Assembly (NCBI GenBank): GCA_043228905.1
Contig: JBHGNT010000020.1
Span: 10,292,001 to 10,356,000 of the forward strand
Length of the DNA: 64,000 bases
Direction: 5' to 3'
Origin: Azolla caroliniana
Lineage: Eukaryota > Plantae > Polypodiophyta
Shown: piece by piece, positions 49,286 to 61,143 of the stretch
Layout: every line of letters starts with the position of its first letter
How positions within the stretch are numbered: the stretch's first letter is position 1
Notes under the pieces: generated by a model
The model's database searches: none
Seen by the model: only the letters and a program-made list of their open reading frames with translations
Told to the model about the DNA's origin: nothing
Program-made: the position numbers and the translations under genes

Positions 49286-52200
49286 ATTCTTCTTCATAGT
49301 CACCGTCAATCGCTGCGTTCCCCTCCCCCCCCCTTGTTTTTAGGTTTTACCTTCTTGCTATCCTTGACCGCGTTTGTTTGTGAAGCTCAGATTTTTGTTC
49401 TCCTGCTAAGATCGATTGTGCTGTCTTTGACAGCGCTTACAAAGGTCGACTTTTATTTTACCCTCTCATACGATCAGAACTCTGATAACTTCTTTCAGGT
49501 TAGTTATGTTTCACTCCTGTTATGCTTGACCGAGTTTAAGAGTATCAAGTGTTCTCCTGCGTGGACCATGCTATCCCTGACTTCGTTTTGTCAATTTCAA
49601 GTTTCTTCCGGTTAGCATCACATTAATGTTTTGCCATCCTTGTTCTTGTTTGTGAAGGAGTTTTTCCCTGCAAACATCTGGTAAAGATCTTGACGTCGTT
49701 GTCTAAGATCAAGTTTTTTTGCGTTTGCTAAGCTCAGCCATTTCCATGCTAACGAAGGTCAGGTTATGGTCTTTCGAACATTGCCCGAGTCTGTGATGGT
49801 CCAATTCTTCCGGTCAAGATCATGGTTTTTCCTCAAGTATTTTTTATCTAGTTTAAGGCCTTGTTTTTATTTGTTAATCTCAAGTGTTTTTCTTTGGGAA
49901 GTTTAGGTTCGGACTTGCATTTTGACTCTGTTTGCTAAATGCAGTTTTTCTCCCTACTAAGATAAGATAACCATATTTTTATCCTAGTCTATGTTTGTTC
50001 AGCTCAACTTATTTTTTCTTAATAAGCTCAGCATTTTGGTCAAATTTTTTTGTTCCAATGTAAGGTCTTGCCATCCTCAATCACACTTACCTCAGTTTTT
50101 TCCTTGATAGGTTTATGGTCTATCATTGACCAAGTATGTTTGATTAAATGGGTTTTTGATCTGAGATCAGTATTAGGTTTGAGTCTCCCAATCCTCGACT
50201 ACTGTTTAATGGGTGGAATCTGGAAAGTATAATATATTCAAGACTTTTATATAAGCAAAAGAATTCTCACATTTCAATTTTCGCCAGGATATTTTATTTT
50301 ACTGCTCCTTGGAACTCTTGAAATCAGGCAAGATGAAATTTCCTGGTCAATGTGTAATGGTAGAGGACGAATGATCAATGTGTAAAGAGTCATTGCTGGC
50401 AGGCCCTGGGATCGGCATGTGGTAGGTCTAGTTAGCATTCAATTCTGATGTTTTTGCATCCAATTGTAAAGTTTTGCATCCAATTCTTCCACAAGAAGGT
50501 GGTAAACAAGAAAGCGACTCATGTAGCGTGTTCTTTGTTATGCGAAAGTGGCGGTTCTCTCTCTGCTTAGAGGGCATAATCTGTGTTTGGTTATTGACTC
50601 AAATTACAGGCGGTGATGGGGAAGTGTAGAGTCATACTATAAATTATTATCCTTCACTATCTCCTTGAAATTCAAAATTAATTAATTAATATTGGAATAA
50701 TGATGATTGATTCCAATTACATGCGGAAATAGTTAAGAAACCTTGTCCCTACAAAGGGAAGGAGAGAGTAGGTAGGTTTCTTTCTGACCTAAATGCTACC
50801 TAGCTTGGTAGGACACCTTGATGATATAGTGAACCGAAACAATAAACTCCCCCCAAGTCTGCTCCACACTCAAACAGAAAGACACACAATTAACACCTAA
50901 TTTTTTAAGCAACAAAAGGCTGGTGAAAGCAATGTCTCCAATATGCCAGTTTTAATATTGTGTTTCTAGTAGTCAGTGGTGGGGGGTTGGACTGGTCATC
51001 TGGAGCAACACTCGCTGTGGGTATATTTGGCCTGGCTGAGACGGTCGTTGAGTTGGAGGGCGGATTGTCTTCTTCAACCTAGTCTCTCGTGAGTTTTAAT
51101 TAAGTGGCAAGCTCTGTGCAAGTCTTATGTAGCTGCCAAAACAATTTTTAAATTTTGGTGACTGGCTACGTAGAGCTTGCTGTGCCCAACCTGATTTAAG
51201 TTAAATCTTCTACTATTTAATCAAGGTTCAGGAAGTGCACTACTTTACTTATGAACTTATGGTTTTCTTGATCCACACATAATAGTTGAAGGTTAGTTAC
51301 TTTGATGGCATCACCAGCATTGGCTCAACATTTGTTGGTTGTAGTGCGTTGCCTTGTTGCATCAAGCCATTTAGATGAGGCCAGGATTCAGGCCTACTTG
51401 TCCATGATAACTCTCTTTGTAGCTCCCTCTCTGCAATCTCGATCTGGTTGACACAACCATCTAATGTGGGTTTCCTGATTTGGCTGAAATATAGAGGTGA
51501 TGATTTTTAGGGAAAAGATAGGAGACGATTTTTAGAAAAACTAGCAGGAGTCTGAAATTGTTGGTAATATCCTTTCTTAGAGTAGGAATGGGATCAACTG
51601 AGAGACATCAAAGTTATCAATAGCATTATCAGAAGAGTACGAATATGTGAGAACGTCTCCATACTTTGCCAAATATAATGGTATTGGTCTACACTGTCAA
51701 CTGTTATAAGATGGTGAATCATTAAAAATTGGATCCTAAGCAATTGAAATGCAGTGTTGATTGTTCACAGAACAGTGATGGCCTGGATTATGAACAATAA
51801 CTATGCTAGGAAAATTCATAGCCAAATTGCCTCTCTAATGTAACAAGAGGATTAGGATTCAGCTTCTTCTGATGAAAGAGCAACTGGAAGTTGATGTATA
51901 GGCCTCCATTCCGGCAAAAACTATGCTTTTCGTTAAATAATGAGTGCTAAGATTGATGTTGTAACCAGAATTGGACCATCTAGCAAGTGCACACCATATC
52001 ACGACTATGTAGAATATCATATGTGGAGGTGCTGGCTACATACGAAGATACATGTTGTGAAGTGAACAGGTGAGCCTGACATTACGGCAACTCAGTAAGT
52101 TAGCAGTGTGCCAGATGCCTGATCGGTAGTATGTAAGCTGGATTAGGCTGCTCACTTACTGATAATAGAGATCCCCGATCCTTAGTGCAAAGGGTCAATT

Positions 52201-52424
52201 TTGGAAAGAGTGACCCAGGTGGCAATTGCAATGGAGATAATACAACATTAATGATATGAAATTCTTGTGGAATCTGTTGGGCCAACAGTTGTTGACAAAA
52301 TGATGGCTTGAGGGGTCTGGTAGATCTCAAAGCTGTAAAATAATTGCAGATACTCTTAAGTTGGTTGTTCTAAAGGCGTGCTCCTAGAATCATATGATGT
52401 ACTTGAATGTTTTTCCTCAAGCCT

Positions 52425-53295
52425 ATAAAGACTAGAGTTTCTCACTTATGGAGCAATGAAATCACAAACTTGTCTCCGAATGTTAAAATCAGGAATTTTT
52501 ATAGAGCTTCATGAATCTATTGAACTTCTCATCTCAGTCTCTTTTACGAATCTATTGAACTCAATTGACCAGATTAGTTTTTTCTGTTTTTTTCTGCGTC
52601 AGATCTCACTTTGCTTTTTCTGTACCAAAACTTGGTTTTGGCTTTTTTCTTTTTGTTGTGCTTCACATCTTTCTTTTGTTTTGACAAAAGAACATTCCCG
52701 GTTTTTGTTTCTTATTTTGACTTCACACATTTTCTGTTTTCACATGGTGTACTTAATCTTTTGTTTATGGGCCAGTAAAGACTAGAGTTTCTCACATATA
52801 TGGAGCAATGAAACCACCAAACATGTTTCCAGATGTTTACAGATTTTACTGAATCTCTCATGTCAGGGTCTCTTTGAACTGATAGAATCGAGTAGATTAG
52901 TTTGTTGTTTTTTGCTCTCAAAATCTCATACTGTTTCCTGTACGAAAACTAGGTTTTATCTTGCTTTTTATTGTGTTTCAGTGTTTTTCTTCTGATCTCA
53001 CAAAAGATCCCCTATTTCTGTTTTCTAATTGTGACTTCACAGGTTTTGACTCATTGCTCATTGTGCTTACAGAACTTCTTTCATTCTCAGAAAAGAACAT
53101 TCCTCGAGAAACACTTCATGTTGCATAATGTCTTCTTAGAAAAGAGTAAGACACATATCTCAGCCTTTTTCCACATACTTTTTCTTTTATGCAGCTAAGG
53201 TTTTGATGCATTTCTTACTTCTCTCGACAGTTTTCCTTTTGTTCTCACAAAAATATTGTTCTTGAGAAAAACTTCATGTTGCGTACGTTCTTCAA
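52425..53295 (+). repeat. Local duplications upstream of the CK2-beta start codon
   Basis: TAAAGACTAGAGTTTCTCAC..ATGGAGCAATGAAA at ~52426 and ~52776 (~350-bp period); GAGAAA.ACTTCATGTTGC at ~53106 and ~53264. Confidence 0.8.
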
Positions 53296-53338
53296 GTCAC
53301 TTATCCGAGGCTCTTGGTGAAGGAGCAACTCGGGTGAT

Positions 53339-56300
53339 ATGTATAAAGACCGTGGGGAAGGGCGTGCTGCAAGCCGTGAATCGATTGAAAGCAAGAAACG
53401 CATAGAGGATTCATTAGAGAAGACATCTCCATCAACATCCAAGGCAAATGCAAAGGACAAAGAGCGTATGTCCATGCCATCCACATCAACTGTTCGACGT
53501 GCAGGATCTGTGGACACAAGGGAAGCAAGATCTACTTATGAGAAGGCCAAGTTCCCAGAGGATGGTATGTACACTTCCTTCTCATCTTCTCATCCACTTA
53601 CCTGTTGATTCTTATAAGTTATTATTGAATGCCTTCTAGAATCTAGTATACATATGTGCAGTATGAGATTGACTCCATGGGCTTCAATGCAGAGGAAAAT
53701 TCTTTTTCATGTCCTTTTTTTGTGTGTGATTTTGTTTACGGTCGTCTGTGTTATGGTTGAACATATTTACATGTTTTAGTTTTATATAACTTTATAAATT
53801 ATGTGAGGCTTGTTTTGTATCAAATGCAAGTTTCCTTATTAGAGTTCCAATATATCTTTTCTCTCTAACAGGATTCATTGCCTTCAAATTTTTATTGCAT
53901 AGCTCATAAATGTAGCAATATTACTATATATTTTGATGTATTATTGACTAGCTATATTTTCTATCATTGTGTTCCATATTTTGATTAGGTTTTAGATGTA
54001 TTGCTGATTGATGTTTTGTATGAAATTTATTTCCTTTCTTTAGTGAGTTGATTATTACTATTTTTGTTATTAACGTAAACACCAAAATTTTAATGGTATA
54101 TTATTAGGTGCAAATTTACAGTTGCAGTCTTCTGAAGTTATTTAGTCTCCATAGATTATTTATTCACATGCAGATTATGTCTTAACAATTTAAAGTCTGC
54201 CAGAAAAGGGCATCTTTGGATTTAATACATACTAAAATAAGTATTAAATTGGATGATGATTGGTTTCAACTATGGTTGGAATCCTTGAAGATGAACACTA
54301 TATGACATAGCTAGCTACAAAGGTAATTGCAATGATGACAAGTTAGGCTAACATGCCTGACTATCAGTGATGACTTATTTTATTCTATGCACTATCTTTG
54401 AGATGCATTCCTTATAGATTTTAATTACTGGGGAACAATACATGAAGAGTTTCATGAAAATGATAGATAAATGTTGGCCAGAACTTGGAAGGAGGTGACA
54501 AGAATGAGAAAAGAGGCACAAAGTATGATATGGTGGAAATAAGTTCAGACATCTCTGAGTAGTATGTATGTTTCCCATTTACAGGAAATATTATGGTAGG
54601 TTGAGACCAACATTTTAATCACATTTTGTATGTTCTAGTGACTGATGCAACAACTCTTTGCATGATTGAGTCACCTTGGTATTTCAGAATATATATTTCT
54701 CAATCAAATATGATACCTGCACATGCATCACTCATTAGTCTCATCATATGTCCATCAAGTCCAGACTAGGTAACTGTATATTTAAATCAAGATTTCGATT
54801 TCTTTGCATAGCTTTCTTTCTATTTTAGGTTATTAACACCTTTGTTGTACTATTAACCTATGGCAGTCTAATGTTATTCTGATAATAGCTAATGTTTTCT
54901 AGAAAGGTTCTTTCTGACATCTCTTATGGCTACTGTAACATATAGCAGTCCTGGTGTTGCCCAACATGGTGATTTAACAGATATAAAGCTAAATATAACT
55001 AAGCTTTTGGTGATAAAAATATGGATGTTAAAATCCCTACATTGTTTTAAGTGTCATTCTAGCTTGCTTGTCGTACATTACATACTGTGTAATTTTCAGA
55101 GTTCAACAAGTCTTCTGGAAATTATCAATAATTATAGAATTTATTAAGCTACTATGCTTTGTCATCTAGGATCCTGGACTATTTAGAGAACATATCTGAG
55201 TCTCCAGTAATATTAGGATTCACGCAAACTATCCTTATTATTTCTATCTAGTGCACACAAAACTGGTTCAAAATTGATTTAAACACATTGATGATAAGGA
55301 CAATCCTTTGTGTTGGTTGTCTTCACATGGGCACATTGTTATGGGACAAGAATGGAATGAATGGGATTTTGTCTTTTAACTGTTTGTTTGAAAATCGGTT
55401 TCAAAGTATGAGAGATTTTAAGTATCCATCACTAGGCTGTAACCATCAGAGTATTTATATTGGGAAACTAACCATCATGATTACTGGATCCAAATGTCTC
55501 AATCATGTAGATTTATGTGTCTGGACCAATTAAATAAGTCTAGAGTTTTCTGTCTTGCAAATGTCTTTCATCTTATTGATCTGTTAACATGATGGATAAT
55601 GTTTCATTGAAGGTGAATATTCAGATACAGACACTGAAGGTTCAGATGTTAGTGGCTCAGATGGAGATGATACTTCCTGGATTTCATGGTTTTGTGGGTT
55701 GAGAGGAAATGAATTCTTTTGTGAAATTGAGGAAGATTACATCCAAGATGACTTCAATTTAAGTGGACTAAGCAGCCAAGTGCCTTATTATGAATATGCG
55801 ATGGATCTCATTCTTGATGCTGAATCTCCCAATGGTAATGGCTTGATTCTGTTCTCAGGGTGTGGAGATTATGAATAGATTATAGGATTTCAGTATGTTC
55901 TATTGAAGAATCTAAAATAAATATCTAGAAGAGAAGAAAGTATGATGAAACTAGAGGGTTTTCATTGACCATAACTAAGGTGGTGTCTTTAAAATGGAGT
56001 ATAATGATAATCATTGTTTGGAAGAGTTGCTGTGGTTACATAATATGTGATTTCTAATTGTTCATTCTTGTTAATACTCACATTTAGACAATGTGTTTGT
56101 ATTACCTCTGTTTCAATTTTCATGAATGGAGAGTTTAACTATACTGAAATTGGCATGTCCAAGATAAAATATAGCATATCTAAAGGCAAGGGGTTTCAAA
56201 AATCTTTAAGACAAAGGGTTTCAAAAAGAAGTTTGTGAATAGGCTCTGAAAGTTCTATGGTTTCTTATTATTCAGCTGACATGCTTACTGATGATCAAAA

Positions 56301-57223
56301 TGAAATGGTTGAATCTGCTGCGGAAATGCTGTATGGACTTATCCATGTCCGATACATTCTGACAAGTAAAGGCTTGAATGCAATGGTAAATGGCTTATTT
56401 ACATTTAGGGGAAAAAACATAAAAATATGCAATTTACCAGAATGTCCCATAACATTTTAAAATTACCAGAACAACCTTGTAGGAAGCTATTGCAATGGTA
56501 ATTTTCAAAAAGATTAGGGGTGCTTTGGTAAATAGCTAATTTCAGGTGTTTCGATGATTTGACTTTTTATGTAGCCCAGTTATGCTGCTCTAAAATTTGA
56601 GTAAATGGTCATTTGGTATTTTACTGCAGTTAGACAAGTACAAGAACATGGATTTTGGTCGCTGCCCAAGAGTATACTGCTCTGGACAACCTTGTTTACC
56701 TGTTGGCCAATCTGATGTTCCCCGGAATAGTACAGTGAAGATTTACTGCCCGAAATGTGAGGATGTTTACTACCCAAGATCGAAATACCAAGGCAGTATC
56801 CTTTAAACAGCTTATTTTTGTTCTGTTTATTTTGTGAATTGAGCATTATATTTGGCCAAAACTTTAAGCACAAAACACTGAAATACCCTCAGTTTTCAAA
56901 ACTGACCAGAATATGGTGTACTTGGGAGAGTTACTCTGGGTGTTGTAAATTATAAAGTTACGGGGAATTAATGCGATCTGTATAGATGTTTTTTCCAGTC
57001 AAGTAATGATTATTTTGGTAAATAATAAGGGTATTTTGTAAATCTGTAAGGAGAGAGACTCTGGCTTATTCCTGACAAAAATACAGATGTTGATGGAGCT
57101 TATTTTGGGACAACATTTCCTCACCTGTTTCTGATGACATATCCTTACATGAAGCCATTGAAACCAACAGCAACTTATGTGCCAAAGATTTTTGGATTCA
57201 AAATTCACCGAAGTGCAAGGTAA
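53339..57223 (+). CDS. CKB: Casein kinase II regulatory beta subunit. Exons 53339-53564, 55613-55834, 56276-56385, 56630-56795, 57087-57223
   Basis: [54 protein letters not shown]...[32 protein letters not shown]...[11 protein letters not shown]; plant-type N-terminal extension (MYKDR...); consistent splice phases. Confidence 0.97.
56796..57086 (+). other. U12-type (minor spliceosome) GT-AG intron
   Basis: 5' site GTATCCTTT; branch-like TTCCTGAC at 57069-57076, 10 nt before the intron end; no polypyrimidine tract. Confidence 0.88.
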
Positions 57224-60200
57224 AGAGTGGCAGGATAATTTTCAGGCTTGCCTTGGAAGAGACTGCGGATATTTCTGAGACTACAATTATATAGAGGTCT
57301 GGAAGAGGTTTTTGATTAGAAGGCTGATTAAACAAACACATTATGGTGAAGCAAGGATTTCAGCAATCACTTCTAGGTCATTTACATGAAACAACAGAGC
57401 CTTGAGGGGAAGGATGAATTGTTTTCTGCTACTACAGAATGACTCTGTACAACTTTTTTCAAGTCGGTTAAAATCGAGGAAAGGAACTAGTCTGTTTTCA
57501 CACATTTCAATTGTAAGGTTATGTCCAGTGTTCTTGTATTGATTTGAAAATAACTCCCGACTTTCCTGTTTCAAGGAATTTCTCTTTTTTGCTTCTCATT
57601 TCTTTTATTTCTATAGTAATAGGAATCCTTTGATAAAAGTGTTTGTTATTAGCTGCACATTGCTTCAATATTAAGGTAAAGCATGTTCTAGAGTTTGGGG
57701 CAGCATGTGGTAAGATAAGTGATTGTTATTTATGGAAACCGATGATGATACAGATCACTGACATACTTATGGAAACAGATAACTTTTTGATGTAAGGTAG
57801 TGGTTCTTATTTATGGAAACATAAATATATTGGTTGTTATCTATGAGTTTTGAATTATTGGTAGTTTTGAGTTAAAGTTATAATTTCTTGAAATCTAGTG
57901 CTGAGTTTTTCTGCAATCTTCAATAAGAGAGATTTTGGTGCAATTACTATTCTTTACCTGTGGGTCTTCATGAGCAAAATGTATTGCCTAGAATAGAAAA
58001 TCTACCAAAATAATATTCATGATATATGTTTACACAATTTCCCTAGTGCCCTGAAAAAGGTTGAAGCTATCATATTACCATCTGTTTGATATTTCACCCA
58101 GATCCTCCTACCTATCCAAATGTGTGGAACATTTTGGTAATATGAAAAGGTAAACGAGTGGCAGTTGATATCAGCAGTGATGGCATTCTTGCAATTTCAG
58201 TTTCATCTGTGGCGTTTTAGGAAGTTTTTGTACAATACCCCAACAATAAATGATCCTATGTACCTTTACTTTTTGCAACCTGGTTCTGTTCTTCATATAT
58301 ATTGTCTGGATTTTGTCTGATCGGTGAAATTGCATTTAAGTTTCTATGCATTTTAACAATCAACTTCCAAATGGTGGTACCAAAAATAGTGTCTTCACAG
58401 CATCTAAATTAGTTGATGTCTTTTTTGGTATCAGCTTTCTCTGAACTTTAAGATAATGAGATTAGATTCAGCTGTTTAGAAAAGAATATTTTATTGCTAT
58501 ATTTGGCATTTTCTTGTTGATGGTTTCATTATATGTATGTTGTCCCATTGAGGTATATCACCGATTCAAGCAAATGGGTCAAATCCAAATGTTTCACAAA
58601 TTTTAGGAATTATTTGAATTTGGGTAGCTTTTTCTATCGTTTCTTGCAAATTGTTCATTGAAACTTGTAGAATCTTGCTTCTTGTCAATGCTGATGTGAT
58701 TTTTATAGCATGATAAGAAGTCAATAAATTGAGTAGTTGCACTTGGTGGTATAATGAGATACACTTGTTCATTTGGGTGACAACATCTATAGCATCAATC
58801 GGACCTTGATGCTTCCTTCATCTAGAGGTTGATTGGTTGGATATTGACACTATTATGTTAGAGTACTAACATGTGACATCAGTTCATGGACAACTTTTTC
58901 CTGTGGCTAATAACCAACAAAAGAACTGTTGTAAACATCAAGAAGCAAAGTACTCTTTGGGTTTGTGTGTGAAACCCCCCTATGAAAATTGAAATAGTTG
59001 TCATTGCTCTTTGGGCACTATTGAAATGAGCCACTACCTCTAGAAGAATGACCTCAAGTTTAGAGGATGTAGAGCTTACAAATTCACATTTTTGTAGCGA
59101 ACCAAATCATTGACGTACCATTGAGCCATTTTCTTTCACATTGAGACAACAAGATCAAGTTGTGGGAGATGCTACCAAGCCATCAAATTGGTTTTTTGGG
59201 GCATTGTAGTCTGGCTACTTGACTTGACATTCTTACTTCTAGTTTATCCACACTTGCTTGCGCTAATGCTTTTGTCTTTTATGGAACGCCCCCTACTGAT
59301 GTATTTCAACATTCCACAACTTTTGCAGACCACAAAGTCTTGTTCATGTTTAGTGCACGACTCTTGGTGCAAAACCTTAGTGACCTTAAGCAACTAGAAA
59401 AAAGGGTCACCATTAAGCCATGATACAAAGGTTGGAATATATTTTGTTTCGACTTTGAACTTAAATGTTGGACATTATGACTTGACCCAATAATGGAAGG
59501 CTTTACTTTATTTGGTTTTATGCATTGTTTAAAGTAATTTTATTATTGTATGTAAGTGCAATTCTACAAAGTTTCCAATAAAAAATTATTCAATTGGTTA
59601 ATAACTTCATCGCAAGAACATGAAAAAGCTTTTTAGTAGAAGGAAATATGATAGAAACAAGATACGATAATGATTCAAAATAAAGAACCTTTATCATGTA
59701 GGATATATTGAAGTATGATCAAACTATGATCTGATATATATTTGCAACTCGACACGTTCAAGTAGAAACCTAATTGGTCAAAATACATCGTGTAGGGACA
59801 TAACGTGTTAAATAAAAAAGTAATATTAAGTTCTCAAAATCACACCCTACAAGCATGTCTCCTAGAAATAGGCAAATGGGGTCCATCCATTTTACTAATC
59901 CTTTTGTTAGAAGTCAAGTTTTTCTCTACAAAATCAAATGGCAACTTAGAAAGCCCAATAATGGAACAATATATTTATTTGAGGGACATTAAGCCATGTG
60001 AATGACCTCTTCGAATATGCGTATGACAATGATTCTAGGTTAGTGGAGGAGAGATGAGAGGTATAGGTTCCAACTAGAATTCTTTCTAATGAGTTGAGAT
60101 TGAAATTATGGCGCGACGTTCACTTTTCAACATCAATGTGCAATTTCTATGACCCCAATTTAACTTTACTCCAGGTTAGTGCGAGTGATGCGTTAGTGTG

Positions 60201-60929
60201 AGGCCGCATGCACAAACAAAACGTTTAAACATTGATCACAGTGAACATGTGTGAAGTAGGTGCCACAAACAAAATATTACATGAACTCTTAACATGTCAA
60301 CACTAACAACTCTTGGCCTATTATGGCCAATTAGCTCTCAATCGACAATTGTGAGGAATGGGATTAGAAGTATATGAAATGGATCCGTTCATTAGAAGTA
60401 TGATGAGGGGAAATGGTATACCACAAGCTTAGGATGGTGGGAAAAGGCATCCCTTAGTAAGACGGTAGACCCTCCCTGTAAAATGTTATGTTGTGGGAAA
60501 ACAGGCCTCTCGTGCAGGTGCTATCATTCGAAATCTCAAACTTCTACATATGGAATACATGTTCATGGGAGGCAAGATGTGACATAAAGGTATAGAAATT
60601 CCCAACATTAAGTTCCATGAGTAACAATTGTTGCAGTTAAGTGAAGGCGTCTTATTGTTTTGTTTACATGCATGGAAAGGAGCTCGGGCAAATGGAGAAA
60701 GGGAATTGAGATCCCAGACATGACCCGACGGACAAATGAACCAATGAACCCCCCCCCCCCCCCCCCCCCCCCCATGGGCTCCGTGGTCAATGGCAGATAG
60801 ATGATCGCAACAACACAACACGCGTGATACAGATATATGGCTAAGAGTAAATGGGCAGCATAGAACAGAAAGGACAATGCCCAAGAAAACAATAATAGTG
60901 TTTATAATGTGAACACACCCCAATTTGGA

Positions 60930-60933
60930 AGCT

Positions 60934-60970
<37 letters not shown>

Positions 60971-60974
60971 CACA

Positions 60975-61010
<36 letters not shown>
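60930..61010 (+). promoter_or_regulatory. (CT)n(CA)n(CT)n tract at the probable TSS of the 783-aa gene
   Basis: Compound dinucleotide tract about 130 bp upstream of the ORF, as seen near the other genes in this window. Confidence 0.5.
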
Positions 61011-61143
61011 CATTTTAACATTAAGCCAAAGGAAAGAAATCTCTGTTTAACATCCTGATTCGCCCACTAACAGGTCTGTGATGGGTCATGCTTCTTCTAC
61101 CAAGAAATTATGAAGCTTCCATGGATCGGAGCCTCCCAATCTG

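Noticed and set aside
50560-52330. Possible retroelement remnants in the CK2-beta leader intron
   Set aside because: Only weak hints (a PPT-like tract near 50845); no translatable diagnostic motif or boundaries could be confirmed by eye.
60748-60773. Poly-C tract (also at 24633-24660) as a regulatory G-quadruplex
   Set aside because: Simple homopolymers are common and error-prone in assemblies; nothing else supports a function.
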